Positions 38,781 to 42,163 of a stretch of DNA of 42,163 nt are shown piece after piece. Location: IMG/VR virus record IMGVR_UViG_2728369608_000007, one strand, 5' to 3'. The position numbers and the translations under genes are program-made. Position 1 is the stretch's first letter. Each line of letters starts with the position of its first letter. The notes under the pieces are model-generated. The model was not told where the DNA came from and ran no database searches. It saw nothing but the letters and a program-made list of their open reading frames with translations. Source of the stretch: a virus. Lineage: Duplodnaviria; Heunggongvirae; Uroviricota; Caudoviricetes.

Positions 38781-40175
38781 ATGCCCCCAAAATATATACC
38801 TCGCCCCTACCAAGTTCTCATTATCAACCACGAAACCGAAACCCTGCGCGGCAACATCTGGGCGGGGATGGGAATGGGTAAAACCGTGGCAACGCTCACT
38901 GCGCTGGAAGATCTCTTTATGGCAGGGGCAGAAACATGCCCCGCACTGGTCCTCGCGCCGCTGCGCGTGGCTGCCAGCACATGGCCGGATGAAGCACTGA
39001 AGTGGGGACATTTGCGCAATATCGAGGTGCAGCCAATTATTGGTAATGCCAAAGCGCGCTCTATGGCGCTGACGAACAGCAACGCAAGCGTGTTCACCAT
39101 CAACTACGATAACCTTGTCTGGCTGATTGAAGAATTGGGAGAACGATGGCCGTTCGGTACTGTCATTCCAGATGAAAGCACCCGGCTAAAATCCTTCCGG
39201 CTGCGCGGTGGTGGTAAGCGCGCGGCGGCGCTGGGCAAAGTGGCGCATAAGTATGTCCGGCGCTGGATAAATCTCACCGGTACGCCAGCACCGAACGGCC
39301 TGGTAGATTTGTGGGGACAATCGTGGTTTGTGGACCAGGGGCAACGTCTCGGGCGCACTTACGGCGCGTTTACCTCACGCTGGTTCAACTCGATACAGTT
39401 TCCGGGGCAGAGCTGGACCAAACTGGAGCCTTTTGCTCACTCACAGGGTGAAATACAGCGAGCGTTAGCCGATGTAACCCTCTCGCTGGATGCGGCCGAC
39501 TGGTTCGATATCAAAGACCCCATCCATAACGTAATCCGCGTGGATATGCCACCGAAGGCCCGTCAGCAGTATCGTGAAATGGAAAAGGAAATGTTCCTCG
39601 AGCTGAATGGCGAAGGCATCGAAGCACCGAACGCCGCGGCAAAGACACTGAAGTGTCTGCAAATCGCCAGCGGCGCAGTATACACAGATGACACCGGAAG
39701 TTGGTCAGAACTGCATGACACCAAACTACAGGCGCTGGACAGCATACTGACCGAAGCAGCTGGCGCACCTGTGCTGGTTGCTTATCACTGGAAACACGAT
39801 CTTGAACGCTTGCTTAAAGCATTCCCTCGCGGTCGTCACCTCGACCAGGATCCACAGACACTGCGCGACTGGAATTCCGGAAAGATTCCTGTTCTCTTTG
39901 CACACCCAGCCAGCGCGGGCCACGGCCTGAACATGCAGGACGGCGGAAATATACTGGTATTTTTCTCACACTGGTGGGACCTGGAGCAATATCAGCAAAT
40001 TATTGAACGTATCGGCCCCACCAGGCAGATACAGGCCGGACACAATCGTCCGGTATTTATTCACCACATTATTGCTGCCGACACTATGGATGAAATGGTG
40101 ATGGAGCGGCGCAACTCAAAACGAACAGTGCAGGACATCCTGCTCGATGCCATGAAAAAGAGAGGTATAGCATGA
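38781..40175 (+). CDS. SNF2-family helicase
   Basis: Walker A GMGMGKT, DEST (motif II), C-terminal helicase motifs. Confidence 0.85.
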   Translation: MPPKYIPRPYQVLIINHETETLRGNIWAGMGMGKTVATLTALEDLFMAGAETCPALVLAPLRVAASTWPDEALKWGHLRNIEVQPIIGNAKARSMALTNSNASVFTINYDNLVWLIEELGERWPFGTVIPDESTRLKSFRLRGGGKRAAALGKVAHKYVRRWINLTGTPAPNGLVDLWGQSWFVDQGQRLGRTYGAFTSRWFNSIQFPGQSWTKLEPFAHSQGEIQRALADVTLSLDAADWFDIKDPIHNVIRVDMPPKARQQYREMEKEMFLELNGEGIEAPNAAAKTLKCLQIASGAVYTDDTGSWSELHDTKLQALDSILTEAAGAPVLVAYHWKHDLERLLKAFPRGRHLDQDPQTLRDWNSGKIPVLFAHPASAGHGLNMQDGGNILVFFSHWWDLEQYQQIIERIGPTRQIQAGHNRPVFIHHIIAADTMDEMVMERRNSKRTVQDILLDAMKKRGIA

Positions 40176-40372
40176 GCGAGAAACCCGACGATTTACTCAC
40201 CCCGGATGAAGTATGCCAAAAGTTAGGTATTACACAGAAAACGCTATGTGAGTGGAATATTAAGCATCGTCATCGGGCTATCCTGGCACCAATTCGTTTC
40301 AGTGCAAAAGTAGTTCGTTATGAGCGCCGAAATATCGACGCTTTTATTCAAAAATGTCGCAGCCAGTATTAA
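40172..40372 (+). CDS. AlpA/excisionase-like small DNA-binding protein
   Basis: 66-aa HTH-like protein adjacent to the integrase. Confidence 0.6.
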   Translation: MSEKPDDLLTPDEVCQKLGITQKTLCEWNIKHRHRAILAPIRFSAKVVRYERRNIDAFIQKCRSQY

Positions 40373-41693
40373 CCTCGCCGCCGTAGCAATGCCACCTGCG
40401 CAAGTATGCTCCGCTCGTGAGCCTCGAAAGCTTCGCGCTTCAACGCAATCTCTTCCTGTAAAATCTCATCAGAAAAGTCGTAATGTTCTGCCATCGGGTC
40501 ATCTGACTTGCTGGAGTGGTGAAGGCAAAGGAGGCTGATTTCCCTTCGGTCTGAGCGGGAATAGCCTCTTTCCTTCATCAAGGCAATAACATTGCTCTTA
40601 AGGAATTTACGGCACATCGTATTAAATGCACCGTCTTTCCCTTTAACAGTCCCATCATGTTTTATTCCTTTTACAGCCCCGTCCGGGCTGTATGTTTTCA
40701 CCAGCTTATCCAGTGATCGTTTTGAAAATGGCTGCATTGGATCACGTGGCTGCAAAAATACATAATCCCTGTTGCACTCAGGAACTGAATCACGCCAGGC
40801 TTTCTGCTCGTCGATAATCCGCCGGATCTCAGGGGTTATCGGCAGGCGGAAAGCCTTTTGTGTTTTCATAGCCCCTCGCATGCCGATAACCCCTTCCGGA
40901 TAAACAATTTCACCAGCCTCCTCGTGAACGTAGTCCCAGCGCAGGTTATGGACATTAATCGGACGAACACCAGTGATGATCATGAAGCGAACAGCATTCT
41001 TCTGGTGTACAGAGGTGCAGGCAGCAACATTGAGCCAGAGTCGGGCGATTGATTCAATATCGGTAAAAAGCCGTGTGGGGGTAGGTTTCTGTACGCGGGA
41101 GGAAACATAATCATCTGGCAGACTGGCGGCAACATTGCGGCCGTTGCAAAGAGTAGGTGCGCAGAACTTCCAGAACCGACGGAGCTCGGCAAACAACTCC
41201 AGGGCGTTATTGTTCGAGCGAGTAGCGATCCACTCGTCCAGCACTTCCACCAGCCGATTGTATGTTACGTCGCTGAACACCTCGCGCTCGCCGAACGTTG
41301 CTTTAATCCGGTCGATACGCACCCCGTAGGTTGTGAAACTGTCCGCAGGCCACCGTCAGCCATACCTAGCGCTTTTTCGCGCGCCAGCTGGATAGCGAGC
41401 TCCGGCCACTCGCCGAGCTTTTTACCTTTGAGGCCCATCTTTTTTGGAAACTCGGCGTAAAATGTAACCTTACCGGCTTTGCTGAAATCGATACGGAGAT
41501 AGTTCTCTTTTTCGTATTTGGAACGGCGAGCCACGCCGGAAGCAGCGAGGATGATTTTGGCGGCAGCAACACAGATTTTCATGTGTGCGCTGGTATAGGG
41601 GGGTTTACAGGCGTCCCATTTTTCAGATGCGGCTAAAACATCGTCATTATTGGGGCTATCCGGATTATGTGTTACAGTGCGCGGCATTCTCAA
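40369..41693 (-). pseudogene. tyrosine integrase, reading frame interrupted (two overlapping ORFs 41265-41693 and 40369-41322); likely true start near 41582
   Basis: N-terminal arm-binding-type domain in one frame and catalytic domain in another; frames switch at a CCCC run near 41322-41325. Confidence 0.65.
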
Positions 41694-41893
41694 TCCTTAT
41701 CTGCGTAGGCGCAGAAAACAAGCACACACATACAAGTCTTTTCTACGGGACAAAATGCAATGTGTTGCGGCTTTGTGTTACTGGACTGAGTTTATCAAGG
41801 TTAAATACACTGGATCAACATACAGTAAGTTAATGACAGTAAAGCATACAAACTCGATACAACTTACTGATTTTTAAAATGATTTAACGGTAA

Positions 41894-42163
<270 letters not shown>

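Larger units (their letters stand above)
1..41693. mobile_element. Prophage with lambdoid regulatory layout and contractile-tail (Mu/P2-like) morphogenesis module; left boundary not resolved within the window
   Basis: Contiguous integrase, cI/cro, Q, lysis, terminase, head, tail and tail-fibre/invertase genes; host gene yfhL follows at 41903. Confidence 0.85.

Overview
The window is almost entirely one temperate enterobacterial prophage (about 41.7 kb visible). Its integrase end abuts the host 4Fe-4S ferredoxin gene yfhL (41903-42163). Gene order is lambdoid, read from high to low coordinates: integrase and an AlpA-like protein; a + strand early operon with a PolA-type replication/recombination module (DUF2800-like Cas4/RecB-family nuclease, DUF2815-like ssDNA-binding protein, family-A DNA polymerase, VRR-NUC nuclease, SNF2 helicase); a divergent cI (S24-peptidase repressor) / cro pair; a primase-helicase with a downstream iteron cluster; antiterminator Q and a late terminator; holin, lambda R-like endolysin and Rz-like spanin; small and large terminase; portal, MuF-like, scaffold, decoration and major capsid genes; a contractile-tail module (sheath, tube, chaperone, tape measure, baseplate V/W/J-like); and a Mu G-segment-like invertible tail-fibre cassette whose Pin/Gin-type invertase is truncated after about 87 codons by AT-rich DNA. 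Several AT-rich, moron-like insertions are not explained by core phage functions and are the best candidates for undescribed defence or counter-defence functions: (i) two genes with a shared TIR-like/SLOG-type motif flanking the VRR-NUC gene, each with its own terminator-like hairpin; (ii) an antisense, very AT-rich membrane-protein gene between the ssDNA-binding and polymerase genes; (iii) a two-gene cassette inside the baseplate operon (secreted small protein plus a protein with an RNxxxH HEPN-like motif); (iv) a zinc-ribbon/coiled-coil gene next to cI with flanking direct repeats; (v) a 281-aa unknown protein in the DNA that replaced the 3' half of the invertase. All family assignments come from reading the translated ORFs and motifs by eye and from recalled family signatures; no database search was run and GC content is judged visually, not computed.
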